This document shows positions 38,201 to 46,141 of a stretch of DNA of 64,000 nt, piece after piece. The first letter of the stretch is position 1, and each line of letters begins with the position of its first letter. The notes below the pieces were generated by a model, which saw nothing but the letters and a program-made list of their open reading frames with translations, was not told the origin of the DNA and did no database searches. The translations under genes were made by a program, and so were the position numbers. This stretch comes from Eubacteriales bacterium (GTDB lineage Bacteria; Bacillota; Clostridia; Oscillospirales; CAG-272), in contig JAZRUG010000015.1 of assembly GCA_045652425.1 (NCBI GenBank), positions 1,240 through 65,239 of the forward strand. Reading direction: 5' to 3'.

Positions 38201-39475
38201 TTGTGCAGTTTTACTGTCGGTATAAGTAACATTAATTACCAAACCGTCTGCTTTGTACGCTTCACCAACAAACATAAGATCGTTTGATGGTGCTGTTTTC
38301 ACACTTACAGACGAAACCATATCAGCAGGATAATATATCGCATCGGCCAATCTGCTTGTAGGAAATTTAGAGCTTGTTATTGCCGTATTTCCGATGTAAT
38401 CTGAAAGGTCAAACGTAACATATGGCTGAATACACGTTGAATCCAAAGTAACACCATTGTATTTTCTGAACGGCGAAGAGTATGTGAATTCACCGCCGTC
38501 TATCTTGAAATATACAGTTGAATTCTTATATCCTACTCCGGTACCCGAGTGAGCATAAATAATATTGAAGAAAGTACCTCCGGTAATATGATAATACGTA
38601 TTACCGCAATGAAGCGTAGATTCCTGTGAATCTCCCCAAACAGCACCGCCAATAGTACCTCCGGCAATAGTAACGTTTATATCTCCCCAATGGGTATGGT
38701 TAGCAAGACCTCTGTTACCGCCGTATACTCTATCCCAAGAACCGCCTTTAATAGTCAAATTTACATCTGACGTAAGATTTCCATATCTTCTACCGCCTGC
38801 CAAGGAAATAAAGTTGCTTACTGTATCGTTAGTAATTCCCACTCCGTTATTCGTGCAAACAACACCGTCTTCGAAAACAACGTTATAACCGTATGCGCAA
38901 ATCGTAGAATCATCATAATCGCCCGAATCATACGGATTCAAAACAGATTCTATGGTTATATCATCAAACACGGTATCTCCACCGAGACACAAGTGTGAAC
39001 CTTCCTCTATGATAAGTCTACCGCCTTGGCCTTTGATAGTGATCTTATTATTACCGTGGGTCGGCATAAAAAAGTCTCTGTCAGAATATCTGTTGGCAGC
39101 AACGGTATTCTCAACGCCTATTTTTACGTCCCCTACAAGTACAATCGTACCACCTTTATTATTCAGTTTTTCAACAGCTTGATACAGTACGCTGTTCAGC
39201 GAAAAGTTTTCTCCGGTCGAGCTGAAACAAGAGCAATAATATCTACTCGCATTTTCCGCTGTTACCCCGTGTGTACAAGTTTTCGTTGTATCAAGTGCTA
39301 CTCTTTCTACCGCCTTCAAAGGACTTGTTGGCGAAGAGCCGTCGCCGGTACCGTTATCCGAAATATAAATCGTCTCTCCGGATGCGGCTGATACGGGAGC
39401 AACAAACATAGAAGCCATAACAGCTACCAAAAGTATTGCCACCGCAATCATTGAAAAATGCATAAAATTTTTCAT
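35222..39475 (-). CDS. Giant secreted multidomain protein: beta-helix-like N-terminus, Ig-like modules, internally duplicated putative Cys/His hydrolase-like module
   Basis: 1417 aa with signal peptide (cleavage near VSA-ASG). The N-terminal ~380 aa is homologous to the N-termini of ORFs 60887 and 62848. No dockerin, LPXTG or SLH signal seen. Confidence 0.6.
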   Translation of the reverse strand: MKNFMHFSMIAVAILLVAVMASMFVAPVSAASGETIYISDNGTGDGSSPTSPLKAVERVALDTTKTCTHGVTAENASRYYCSCFSSTGENFSLNSVLYQAVEKLNNKGGTIVLVGDVKIGVENTVAANRYSDRDFFMPTHGNNKITIKGQGGRLIIEEGSHLCLGGDTVFDDITIESVLNPYDSGDYDDSTICAYGYNVVFEDGVVCTNNGVGITNDTVSNFISLAGGRRYGNLTSDVNLTIKGGSWDRVYGGNRGLANHTHWGDINVTIAGGTIGGAVWGDSQESTLHCGNTYYHITGGTFFNIIYAHSGTGVGYKNSTVYFKIDGGEFTYSSPFRKYNGVTLDSTCIQPYVTFDLSDYIGNTAITSSKFPTSRLADAIYYPADMVSSVSVKTAPSNDLMFVGEAYKADGLVINVTYTDSKTAQITYSPDDSKFIFNGDSSEAGKNVTVTGTYCGKTITGLNKTVKVVDDPTPTVLGAQISTKNTKGGLRFVAEMSRSAEKDVTVKDYGFYIWDGSVYGASKITDISTVQGIEELTAFGTKFREEYDELGVYNNDEKTTFAAVYDDIQLNDYDNYIVAVAYIEYDYNGKTYTSYSDAISRTVLEVANAAYADEMDQETEKDKQWIKANILDKYDEYVAASSNLYDSENAERLRDIVVAEMNANANFAWTPSTNIDLTEEVIANGVKHSGGKTYTAGTIYYGMPYINNAKHELGEFKSYIKTRSDGTNVYYGPIEGINDFGYTGDQATYVESNKYKLDEKYYEIESFFPASDYTGMIVNVWNKVGTNKVWLTTLTSFIPGKQGTVAVGGYKVASTAKYTDAIVASVGEAGMKAAYAACKRGDVLICCQSDEAGAGRSIYMVMEDAGSGDALKLMTFNPTMKNNTHFQSTEKTYDSLYSGGFIPVTLPELAAGTQSKTTTFVVGLDGANAIKTGILSGELISNKQIIAVNVKLSRNGNDGEFYNETVYCNKYGDQNMNLVNLSQFDMSKVLPYLVDGKTYTLTVNAEVGNEGMKTIASYSYTEPTVNLSTLYASYYDSFNVDFSNMPQTPINHMKEQSNIYWTPATTFQYSNLEGATGFVPNTKFVKGTIYKGVLYANTRATLADFEAALGEPSEKTFKGNTVYTLGAGDSNYSGTTDWNYVVGNHCSAAMYHGYQKVSRLHASSRGNPNMKLLGLKDLYYGVSSYTNSVMKLYGAEAMYESYALAQPGDFMYRTAGGGHTRMVQSVKVVRDSNGKINPDKSYVLMIEQTDTLESEQNKLFTLLNGYDSTWWEHEYTFKTLATSEPSCIILRPHEFMTNETEKQYVGLTKLATKETLEAPTQYKLGIVESNYPIIAVRVTIKDQNGNVLDKVEKTGLTNVNAYNVGQLFTTSTSATYIGNTTDGYLCTSNYKGKSYTYTIEVELAAGKAVLQTLNVAA

Positions 39476-39679
39476 AATCTTTCTCCCTAATTAGTTTTTA
39501 GTGTATTATCTTTAAAGTATATTGTACACAAAAAATTAAATTTTGTCAATCGAAAATTAATGCATTTATACCAACACCAAATAATTTGGTCATTTTTCAT
39601 TAATTCTCTTGCATTAAATTAGTTAATATGATAAGATATTTTGTATTGTTTAATAATCGTAACCAGAAGGAGATAAAAA

Positions 39680-40264
39680 ATGAAAAAATTCATAGCGTTT
39701 TTGGGGCTTTTGACATTAATATTCTTCATAACAGCATGCGGAAGTAAAGATGTGGGGCTTGCAGAAGAATCATATACCATCGAAATCGAAATTGAAAACT
39801 ACGGCATTATCACCGCGGCACTTGATGCAAAAACGGCACCTATTACAGTAAAAAACTTCATCGACCTTATAAATGACGGTTTCTATAACGGTGTGTCATT
39901 TCACCGTATAATAAACGGATTTATGATGCAGGGCGGAGATCCCAACGGAAACGGAATTAACGATGAGGAAACACCTACCATTAAAGGCGAGTTTGCTTAT
40001 AACGGCGTTGAAAACAACATCAGCCACACAAAAGGTACGCTCTCCATGGCTCGTTCAGGCAGCTATAACAGCGCTGCTTCGCAATTCTTTATCATGCACG
40101 AAGATGATACACGTCTCGACGGTCAATACGCTGCTTTCGGCAGAGTCACCAAAGGAATGGATATTGTTGACAAAATCTGCAAAAACACCCCCGTTACCGA
40201 TAACAACGGTTCAGTTCTCCCACAAAACAGACCTATAATCAAAGAAATCAGAATAGTTGACTAA
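39680..40264 (+). CDS. Cyclophilin-type peptidyl-prolyl isomerase, lipoprotein
   Basis: Lipobox FFITACG; FHRII.GFMMQGGDP; SMAR; QFFI. Confidence 0.9.
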   Translation: MKKFIAFLGLLTLIFFITACGSKDVGLAEESYTIEIEIENYGIITAALDAKTAPITVKNFIDLINDGFYNGVSFHRIINGFMMQGGDPNGNGINDEETPTIKGEFAYNGVENNISHTKGTLSMARSGSYNSAASQFFIMHEDDTRLDGQYAAFGRVTKGMDIVDKICKNTPVTDNNGSVLPQNRPIIKEIRIVD

Positions 40265-40289
40265 TTTTTTCAAAAACAGAGGTTTAATT

Positions 40290-40973
40290 ATGCTTGACAC
40301 AAACAAACTCGAAAAAAAATACGGCAATTACACAGGCAAAGAAATACTTTCATTTTGCGACCACACCATATTAAAACAAGAATCCGTTTGGGCAGACGTT
40401 AAGCGTATTTGCGACGAGGGACTTTTGGCTAAAACTGCTTCGGTATGTATTCAGCCTTCTTTTGTAAAACAAGCTGTCGACTACGTTGAGGGTAAACTTC
40501 CCATTTGTACGGTAATAGGATTTCCCAATGGATATATGACAACTGCAACAAAAGTTTTTGAAACGGCAGACGCTGTCAAAAACGGAGCTGCTGAAATAGA
40601 TATGGTAATCAATATCGGTTCACTCAAAGAAGGCAAATACGATACCCTTTCAAGCGAAATAAAAGCAATAAAAGAAGCTTGTAACGGAAAACTGCTCAAG
40701 GTTATAATCGAAACCTGCCTTTTAACCGATGATGAGAAAAAAATTATGTGCAATATAGTTGCAAACAGCGGCGCTGAATATATAAAAACTTCTACCGGTT
40801 TTGCCGGCGGCGGTGCAACCTTCCACGATGCAGAACTTATGGTAAAAGAAGTCGGCGGTAAAATAAAAGTAAAAGCGGCAGGCGGTATAAAATCCATTGA
40901 CGATGCAGTAAAATTCCTTGATATCGGAGTTTCAAGACTTGGTACAAGCTCTCTTTATAAAATGTTTTGCTAA
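40290..40973 (+). CDS. deoC: Deoxyribose-phosphate aldolase
   Basis: CDHTILK, EIDMVINIG, IKTSTGF (Schiff-base Lys) and KAAGGI. ATG at 40290 follows AGAGG. Confidence 0.88.
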   Translation: MLDTNKLEKKYGNYTGKEILSFCDHTILKQESVWADVKRICDEGLLAKTASVCIQPSFVKQAVDYVEGKLPICTVIGFPNGYMTTATKVFETADAVKNGAAEIDMVINIGSLKEGKYDTLSSEIKAIKEACNGKLLKVIIETCLLTDDEKKIMCNIVANSGAEYIKTSTGFAGGGATFHDAELMVKEVGGKIKVKAAGGIKSIDDAVKFLDIGVSRLGTSSLYKMFC

Positions 40974-41006
40974 CACATTAAACTTTTTAAAGAATAGGTT
41001 AAGAAT

Positions 41007-41720
41007 ATGATAGGACTCGGAACAATAATAAACGTCGCCGCTATTTTAGCAGGCGGACTTATCGGCGCTCTTTTCGGTAAGTTTTTAAAAGAAAGTCTGC
41101 AAAGCGCACTTGTTAAATCAACCGGTATCTGTGTTATGTTTATCGGCGTCAGCGGCGCGTTGGAAAAAATAATGACAGTATCCGACGGAAAACTGACAAG
41201 CGGCGGAACTCTGATGATGATATCAAGTATGGCCATTGGTACGCTCATTGGAGAAATAATAAATATCGACGGACTTATCGAACGCTTCGGCGAATGGCTA
41301 AAGAAAAAAACAGGTAACGCTAAAGACGTTACTTTCGTCGAAGGTTTTGTCAGCGCATCTATAACAGTATGCGTAGGCGCAATGACTGTCGTTGGTTCTA
41401 TAAACGACGGTTTGTTCGGCGATTACTCAATACTGCTTGTAAAATCTTTGCTCGACTTTATTATTATTATCGTAATGACGTCATCAGTCGGAAAAGGCTG
41501 CGTTTTTTCAGCCATTCCTGTAGCAATATTGCAGGGCGGTTTTACCCTTGCCGCAAAAATTATCGAGCCCTACATGACAGATGCGGCCTTACATAATCTC
41601 TCTCTTGTCGGTTCAATCCTTATTTTCTGCGTCGGCTTGAATCTTCTCCGCAAAAATTCGGTCAGAGTTGCAAATATGCTTCCCGCAATCGTTATAGCGG
41701 TAATTTGGGCATTCTTTTAA
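41007..41720 (+). CDS. DUF554-family membrane protein
   Basis: MIGLGTIINVAAILAGGLIG start and internally duplicated TM layout typical of DUF554. Confidence 0.7.
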   Translation: MIGLGTIINVAAILAGGLIGALFGKFLKESLQSALVKSTGICVMFIGVSGALEKIMTVSDGKLTSGGTLMMISSMAIGTLIGEIINIDGLIERFGEWLKKKTGNAKDVTFVEGFVSASITVCVGAMTVVGSINDGLFGDYSILLVKSLLDFIIIIVMTSSVGKGCVFSAIPVAILQGGFTLAAKIIEPYMTDAALHNLSLVGSILIFCVGLNLLRKNSVRVANMLPAIVIAVIWAFF

Positions 41721-41746
41721 AAAATGTTATTTAGAAGGTGTTTTTT

Positions 41747-42520
41747 ATGAAATTGCTTGACAGAATAGCAGTAATCCTTTTTACCATTTGTATTATTTTA
41801 GCTTCTGTGCTTATACCCGTAACCATAATAAGCACGAGAGATACATATTACCGCAATCAGCTAAAAAAATGCGGTATATACCCTAATGATAACGAGACAA
41901 CAGTTATTCGCTATATAGGCGGAGACAGCTCTAAGTCGGCGGCATTCACTTCTGAACAGTTTGATGATATTATTTCTCATATTACAGACTTTTTGGCAAA
42001 CAAAAAACAAAGCTTTGCTCTGCAAATGAACGAAATTAATTTGAACGGAGAAACAGTTGACAAGGTTGATATTTTCGGCGAAGAGGCTGTAACACACATG
42101 GATGACGTAAGACCGGTCTTTTCAGCTGCAAAAACAGTTCTTTTCGTATGTATTTCCTTGTTAATTATATGTGGTGTATATATGTTTACCAGAAAAAATA
42201 CCGTCAGAAAAATAATTTACAAATATTCGCTCGGTGTTGTTATTGGTTTCTTTGGTGCCTTTGCCCTGTTTTTCGGCGTAGTACTCGTAAAACATCTTAT
42301 AAATGGAAGCGGCACGTATTTTGATACGCTTTGGTCGGATATGCATCACATATTTTTCCCACTGGCTTCGGACAAATTCCAAGGTTCATTTTTCAATGAC
42401 ACGCTGACATATATACTCACCCTTGACTTCTTTATGAATACTGTATTTACGGTAATTGTCAATATTATCGCTCTAACGGCAGCCTGGCTGTTTTCGGCAA
42501 AATTAATTTCAAGAAGATAA
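41747..42520 (+). CDS. TIGR01906-like integral membrane protein (Lit-type lipoprotein transacylase family candidate)
   Basis: N-terminal TM, soluble loop, three C-terminal TMs, and Y..QL..C.IY motifs near the N-terminus. Assignment made from memory. Confidence 0.5.
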   Translation: MKLLDRIAVILFTICIILASVLIPVTIISTRDTYYRNQLKKCGIYPNDNETTVIRYIGGDSSKSAAFTSEQFDDIISHITDFLANKKQSFALQMNEINLNGETVDKVDIFGEEAVTHMDDVRPVFSAAKTVLFVCISLLIICGVYMFTRKNTVRKIIYKYSLGVVIGFFGAFALFFGVVLVKHLINGSGTYFDTLWSDMHHIFFPLASDKFQGSFFNDTLTYILTLDFFMNTVFTVIVNIIALTAAWLFSAKLISRR

Positions 42521-42530
42521 AAGACATCAA

Positions 42531-42560
42531 AAAAAGACCGGTTATAATCGGTCTTTTTCT
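42531..42560 (+). terminator. Rho-independent terminator
   Basis: aaaaagaccg-gttataat-cggtcttttt. Confidence 0.75.
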
Positions 42561-42570
42561 CTGCACTTTT

Positions 42571-43203
42571 TTACGCGCTTTTCTGTTTCAAAAGCTTTAC
42601 AACTGCGCGAATTTCACCGGACGTAAGGAACTTGTCCTTATTTACGTCAGACATAAAAGGCGCAATCTCATCCGCTGTAATAAGTCCGTTCAATCTCTTT
42701 GAGAACTTAACTCTCTTTCCCGAGAATATCACAACGTCATGGACAGGTATGTTCTCAACGCCCTCATTTCTCAAAAAGAACTTCATAGACTTAACATTTT
42801 CTTTGCTTCTGATAAACGGATCTTCGAAAGAATAAAACTTGTCGTTTACTATACGGTTCCATGTACCGCCCTCGGTTACATCAATAAATCCGGATCCGGG
42901 AACCGTGGTAACTATCATAATCCCACCCTTGTTTACAAAAACAAGCCCCAGGTCAGCTATGTACTTTCCGCGTCTTTCGGGGGAGTTTTCTATAAGCAAC
43001 TTAACACCTCTTATCGTATTAATCCGACTGAAACGTGTGCTTAAGTAGCTAAAAGCAAAGTTTTTCTTATTTCTGCCTTCTCTCAATATTTTTCTTGCAG
43101 TTATTCGAGAATAAATTACCCATATCAGCCAAATCATAAAGGCTATATATAGCATTATTCCAACAGTAATAAAAAACTTTCCCATATACTTCCCCTTCCC
43201 CAA
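42571..43203 (-). CDS. Membrane-anchored NERD (nuclease-related) domain protein
   Basis: N-terminal TM. IADLGLVFVNKGGIMIVTTVPGSGFI...GTWN fits the NERD core. Confidence 0.6.
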   Translation of the reverse strand: MGKGKYMGKFFITVGIMLYIAFMIWLIWVIYSRITARKILREGRNKKNFAFSYLSTRFSRINTIRGVKLLIENSPERRGKYIADLGLVFVNKGGIMIVTTVPGSGFIDVTEGGTWNRIVNDKFYSFEDPFIRSKENVKSMKFFLRNEGVENIPVHDVVIFSGKRVKFSKRLNGLITADEIAPFMSDVNKDKFLTSGEIRAVVKLLKQKSA

Positions 43204-43250
43204 TTTTTATCAAAAACAAACAGCAAAGATATACGTTTTTTTAAGTATTC

Positions 43251-43481
43251 TTATTCTCCGACAACATCGGAAAGATAGTTTACAACGTCGCCTACAGTAA
43301 CAAATTTGTGAATTTCTTCGTCCTTGATTTCAATGTCAAACTTTTCCTCGCATGAAAGAACAAGATCTGCAAGTTCGAGAGAGTTGATTCCCAAATCGCC
43401 TACGAGCTCACTCTTCATTGTAATTTCATCGGGATTGATCTGAAGTGCTTCTTCCAAAAGTTCTTTTACCTTTTCAAACAT
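43251..43481 (-). CDS. Stand-alone acyl carrier protein
   Basis: Start at MFEKV after GGAGA. Phosphopantetheine site DLGINSLE. No fab/pks/nrps neighbours. Confidence 0.8.
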   Translation of the reverse strand: MFEKVKELLEEALQINPDEITMKSELVGDLGINSLELADLVLSCEEKFDIEIKDEEIHKFVTVGDVVNYLSDVVGE

Positions 43482-43792
43482 AAAATTCTCCATTCCCGGC
43501 AGCATAATTATAGTTTTGTTTTTTTAAGAAACATTCTTACCAAGGGTCTGCCGGAATCCTCGGCTGTTTCAATTATTAACATAAAATATGTCGTATTCCC
43601 ATAACAAAAACACGACTGCTTTCACCAATTATATCAAACGAATATTATTTTGTCAACAAGTTTTATTCGCCTAAAAAAATTTGTTGATTTACACCAAAAT
43701 AAAGCCCCTATTTTCTTCTACTATAAATATTTACAACAGTTAACGTATATGATATAATTAAATAAATAACATATATATAGGAGGCGTTTGTT

Positions 43793-44236
43793 ATGATAGA
43801 GTATATGCCTTACGTTTGGGCTGCGGTAACCGTACTGGCTATAGTAGTCGAATGTATTGTCGGTGATCTTGTAACGATATGGTTTATTCCTACAGGAATT
43901 CTGTCTGTCATTCTTTCACTTTTACCTTTTAATATTCCGGTATGGCTTCAAGTATTGATTTTTCTTACCCTCTCAACTGTGCTGGTTATTATGTCAAAAA
44001 CACTCTGGAAAAAGCTTTTCCAAAAAACTCCCTTGGTAAAAACCAACCTTGATACAGTTGTAGGAAACGAAGCTCTCGTTGTTGAAAAAATAGACAACAT
44101 CGAAGGCAAGGGCGCAGTTAAAATTTTTGGCAAAGTTTGGTCTGCGCTTTCAGAAGACGGTTCTATTATTGATAAAAACGAACTTGTTACCGTAAAAGAA
44201 ATTCGCGGCGTAAAGCTCGTTTGCATAAAAAAATAA
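43793..44236 (+). CDS. NfeD-family membrane protein
   Basis: Three N-terminal TMs plus a C-terminal OB-like domain (G.A.VVE...GKGAVKIFGKVWSA). Precedes an SPFH gene. Confidence 0.85.
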   Translation: MIEYMPYVWAAVTVLAIVVECIVGDLVTIWFIPTGILSVILSLLPFNIPVWLQVLIFLTLSTVLVIMSKTLWKKLFQKTPLVKTNLDTVVGNEALVVEKIDNIEGKGAVKIFGKVWSALSEDGSIIDKNELVTVKEIRGVKLVCIKK

Positions 44237-44256
44237 TTTTTTGGAGGTTTTATTTT

Positions 44257-45180
44257 ATGACAGGATTTATTATTGGAGCTGTTATAGTACTGTTCCTTAT
44301 TATCGTAAGTAATATACACATTGTTCCTCAAGCTTACGGTTTCGTTGTTGAACGTCTCGGTGCCTATAGTTCTACCTGGACTACGGGTATCCATTTCAAG
44401 ATTCCCTTTATTGACAAAGTTTCAAAAAAGGTTACCCTTATGGAACAGGTTGCGGACTTTCCCCCCCAACCAGTTATCACAATGGATAACGTAAGAATGC
44501 AGATAGATACCGTTATTTTCTATCAGATAACCGACTGTAAGCTCTACACCTACGGTGTTACTAACCCCATCGCCGCTATCGAAAATCTTACTGCTACGAC
44601 GTTGCGTAATATTATAGGTGAGCTTGAACTTGACGCCACACTTACTTCAAGAGATATCATTAACACGAAAATGCGCGCTATTCTTGATGAAGCAACTGAC
44701 CCTTGGGGTATTAAGGTTAACAGAGTTGAGCTTAAGAATATTATTCCGCCTAAAGAAATTCAAGATGCTATGGAAAAACAGATGAAAGCAGAACGCGAAA
44801 GACGTGAGCTTATCTTGCGTGCAGAGGGTGAAAAGAATTCTCAAATTCTTGTTTCCGAAGGTAGAAAGCAATCTATGATCCTTGAAGCAGAAGCTAAAAA
44901 ACAAGCGGCTATTCTTGAAGCAGAAGCATTGAAAGAAACAAAAATTCTTGAAGCTGCCGGTGAAGCCGAGGCTATTCTTAAAATCCAGGAAGCAAATGCA
45001 ACGGGTATCAAGCTTCTTAACGAGGCTGCCCCCACTAAAGAAATTGTTGCCTTGAAGGGCCTTGAAGCATTCGTTGAAGCTGCTAACGGTAACGCGACGA
45101 AGATTATTATACCAAGTGAAATACAGTCGCTTGCGGGTCTTGCAACATCTGCATCCGAGCTTATGAAATCGGACAAATAA
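44257..45180 (+). CDS. SPFH/band-7 (stomatin-like) protein
   Basis: TM anchor, PQAYGFVVERLG, TRD and Ala/Glu-rich coiled C-terminus. ATG at 44257 follows GGAGG. Confidence 0.9.
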   Translation: MTGFIIGAVIVLFLIIVSNIHIVPQAYGFVVERLGAYSSTWTTGIHFKIPFIDKVSKKVTLMEQVADFPPQPVITMDNVRMQIDTVIFYQITDCKLYTYGVTNPIAAIENLTATTLRNIIGELELDATLTSRDIINTKMRAILDEATDPWGIKVNRVELKNIIPPKEIQDAMEKQMKAERERRELILRAEGEKNSQILVSEGRKQSMILEAEAKKQAAILEAEALKETKILEAAGEAEAILKIQEANATGIKLLNEAAPTKEIVALKGLEAFVEAANGNATKIIIPSEIQSLAGLATSASELMKSDK

Positions 45181-45197
45181 TTTACAAAAACATTTTA

Positions 45198-45227
45198 CGG
45201 CGAGGGATTTTCCCCCGCCGTTTTTTT
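45198..45227 (+). terminator. Rho-independent terminator of nfeD-SPFH
   Basis: cggcgaggg-atttt-cccccgccg followed by TTTTTTT. Confidence 0.8.
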
Positions 45228-45239
45228 GTTTGTATTCAC

Positions 45240-45269
45240 CTTAAGACCTTTTTGAAAAAAGGTCTTAAG
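45240..45269. repeat. Perfect 14-bp-arm palindrome
   Basis: cttaagaccttttt-ga-aaaaaggtcttaag. Confidence 0.6.
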
Positions 45270-45345
45270 AATCCCAAAAACTTTGAATAAACGCATAAAC
45301 AAGCAGAGTATCTTCGTAGGGGATGGCGCCCTCGACATCCCATTT

Positions 45346-45405
45346 AAAAGTTTTTGCGGTTTCCAAAGGGGCTTTTTTCAAAAACCCTCTTTGGTGTGGG
45401 TTCGG
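45346..45405 (+). repeat. Repeat family 3, copy a (AAAAGTTTTTGCGG.TTCCAAAGG...TTTTTTCAAAAA....CTTTGGTG.GG)
   Basis: Reverse-complement match to 53254..53314. Contains a CCAAAG...CTTTGG hairpin. Confidence 0.7.
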
Positions 45406-45440
45406 GAGCAACGCTCCTGACTGTCTGTTACTCATAAAAC

Positions 45441-45484
45441 AAAAAAACACTCGGCTATATTTCTATAACCGAGTGCCTTTTATT
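45441..45484. terminator. Bidirectional hairpin terminator
   Basis: aaaaaaa-cactcggctat-atttct-ataaccgagtg-cctttta. On the minus strand the hairpin is followed by TTTTTTTG. Confidence 0.65.
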
Positions 45485-45720
45485 AAGCCCCACCGGGCCG
45501 TGTAAACGGAAATTAAGCAACCCTGCATGTGCAAGGCGGTGCCCTCTTCAATAGTTTGTGCTACCAGCTTCCCTCTATACACGTATAATAGGCACATAGG
45601 AGGAGGTCTGCATTCCCCATACCGAAAGTCCGGGCTCCTTTAATAATTTGTGGGTTTAATTACCCGTTTATCACAAACAAAGCAGGAATACTATTATTGT
45701 ATTCAAACGATAAAATTTAA
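45485..45720 (-). ncRNA. Candidate structured RNA (unclassified GC-rich island)
   Basis: GC-rich block in otherwise AT-rich intergenic DNA with no plausible ORF. Local hairpins ccttgc-acat-gcaggg, ccgt-ttac-acgg and gggt-aattaa-accc. Ends at the 45441..45484 terminator on the minus strand. Confidence 0.3.
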
Positions 45721-45745
45721 TTACTGTAATTTTTTTGAATAAATT

Positions 45746-46042
45746 TTAGTTTGCGTCGTAATCGATTTCGTCAAAGAGCATATCTTCAAAAATCTCTGCC
45801 ACTTTTTCAAATTCATCATCATCATCGATAGTAACAAGAAGTTCTTCTCCGTCTTTGTCCACTTCGAGCTTAAGAACAACGTATTCCTGTTCTTCAGCAT
45901 CTTTCTTTTCGGGATCATATGGTACAAGCGCTACGTAGGTAGTGCCGTCTATTTCCTGACTTGCAATAAGCTCAAATTCGCTTTCGTTGCCCTCTTCGTC
46001 TGTTAATGTAAATATTTCATCACCCATAAATTCTTCTGCCAT
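45746..46042 (-). CDS. DUF1292-family small acidic protein
   Basis: FTLTDEEGNESEFELI...IDGTTYVALVP...VVLKLE....GEELL pattern. Confidence 0.8.
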   Translation of the reverse strand: MAEEFMGDEIFTLTDEEGNESEFELIASQEIDGTTYVALVPYDPEKKDAEEQEYVVLKLEVDKDGEELLVTIDDDDEFEKVAEIFEDMLFDEIDYDAN

Positions 46043-46141
46043 TGGTTTGTACCTCTCTTATCTATAATATCTTTAAATTTCTTACAATATAATCATAGCC
46101 GATTTACACCGAATTGTCAATACGTTTCTTATTTAGTTTTC

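Noticed and set aside
45265-45505. Two overlapping ~60-aa ORFs on opposite strands
   Set aside because: They cover the family-3 repeat and the bidirectional terminator, and have no RBS.
45485-45720. Second rnpB copy, SRP RNA or tmRNA
   Set aside because: Only a 15-nt GAAAGTCCGGGCTCC match to RNase P is present. The SRP domain IV motif (GGAAGCAGC) and the tmRNA ends are absent. The region is kept only as an unclassified candidate.
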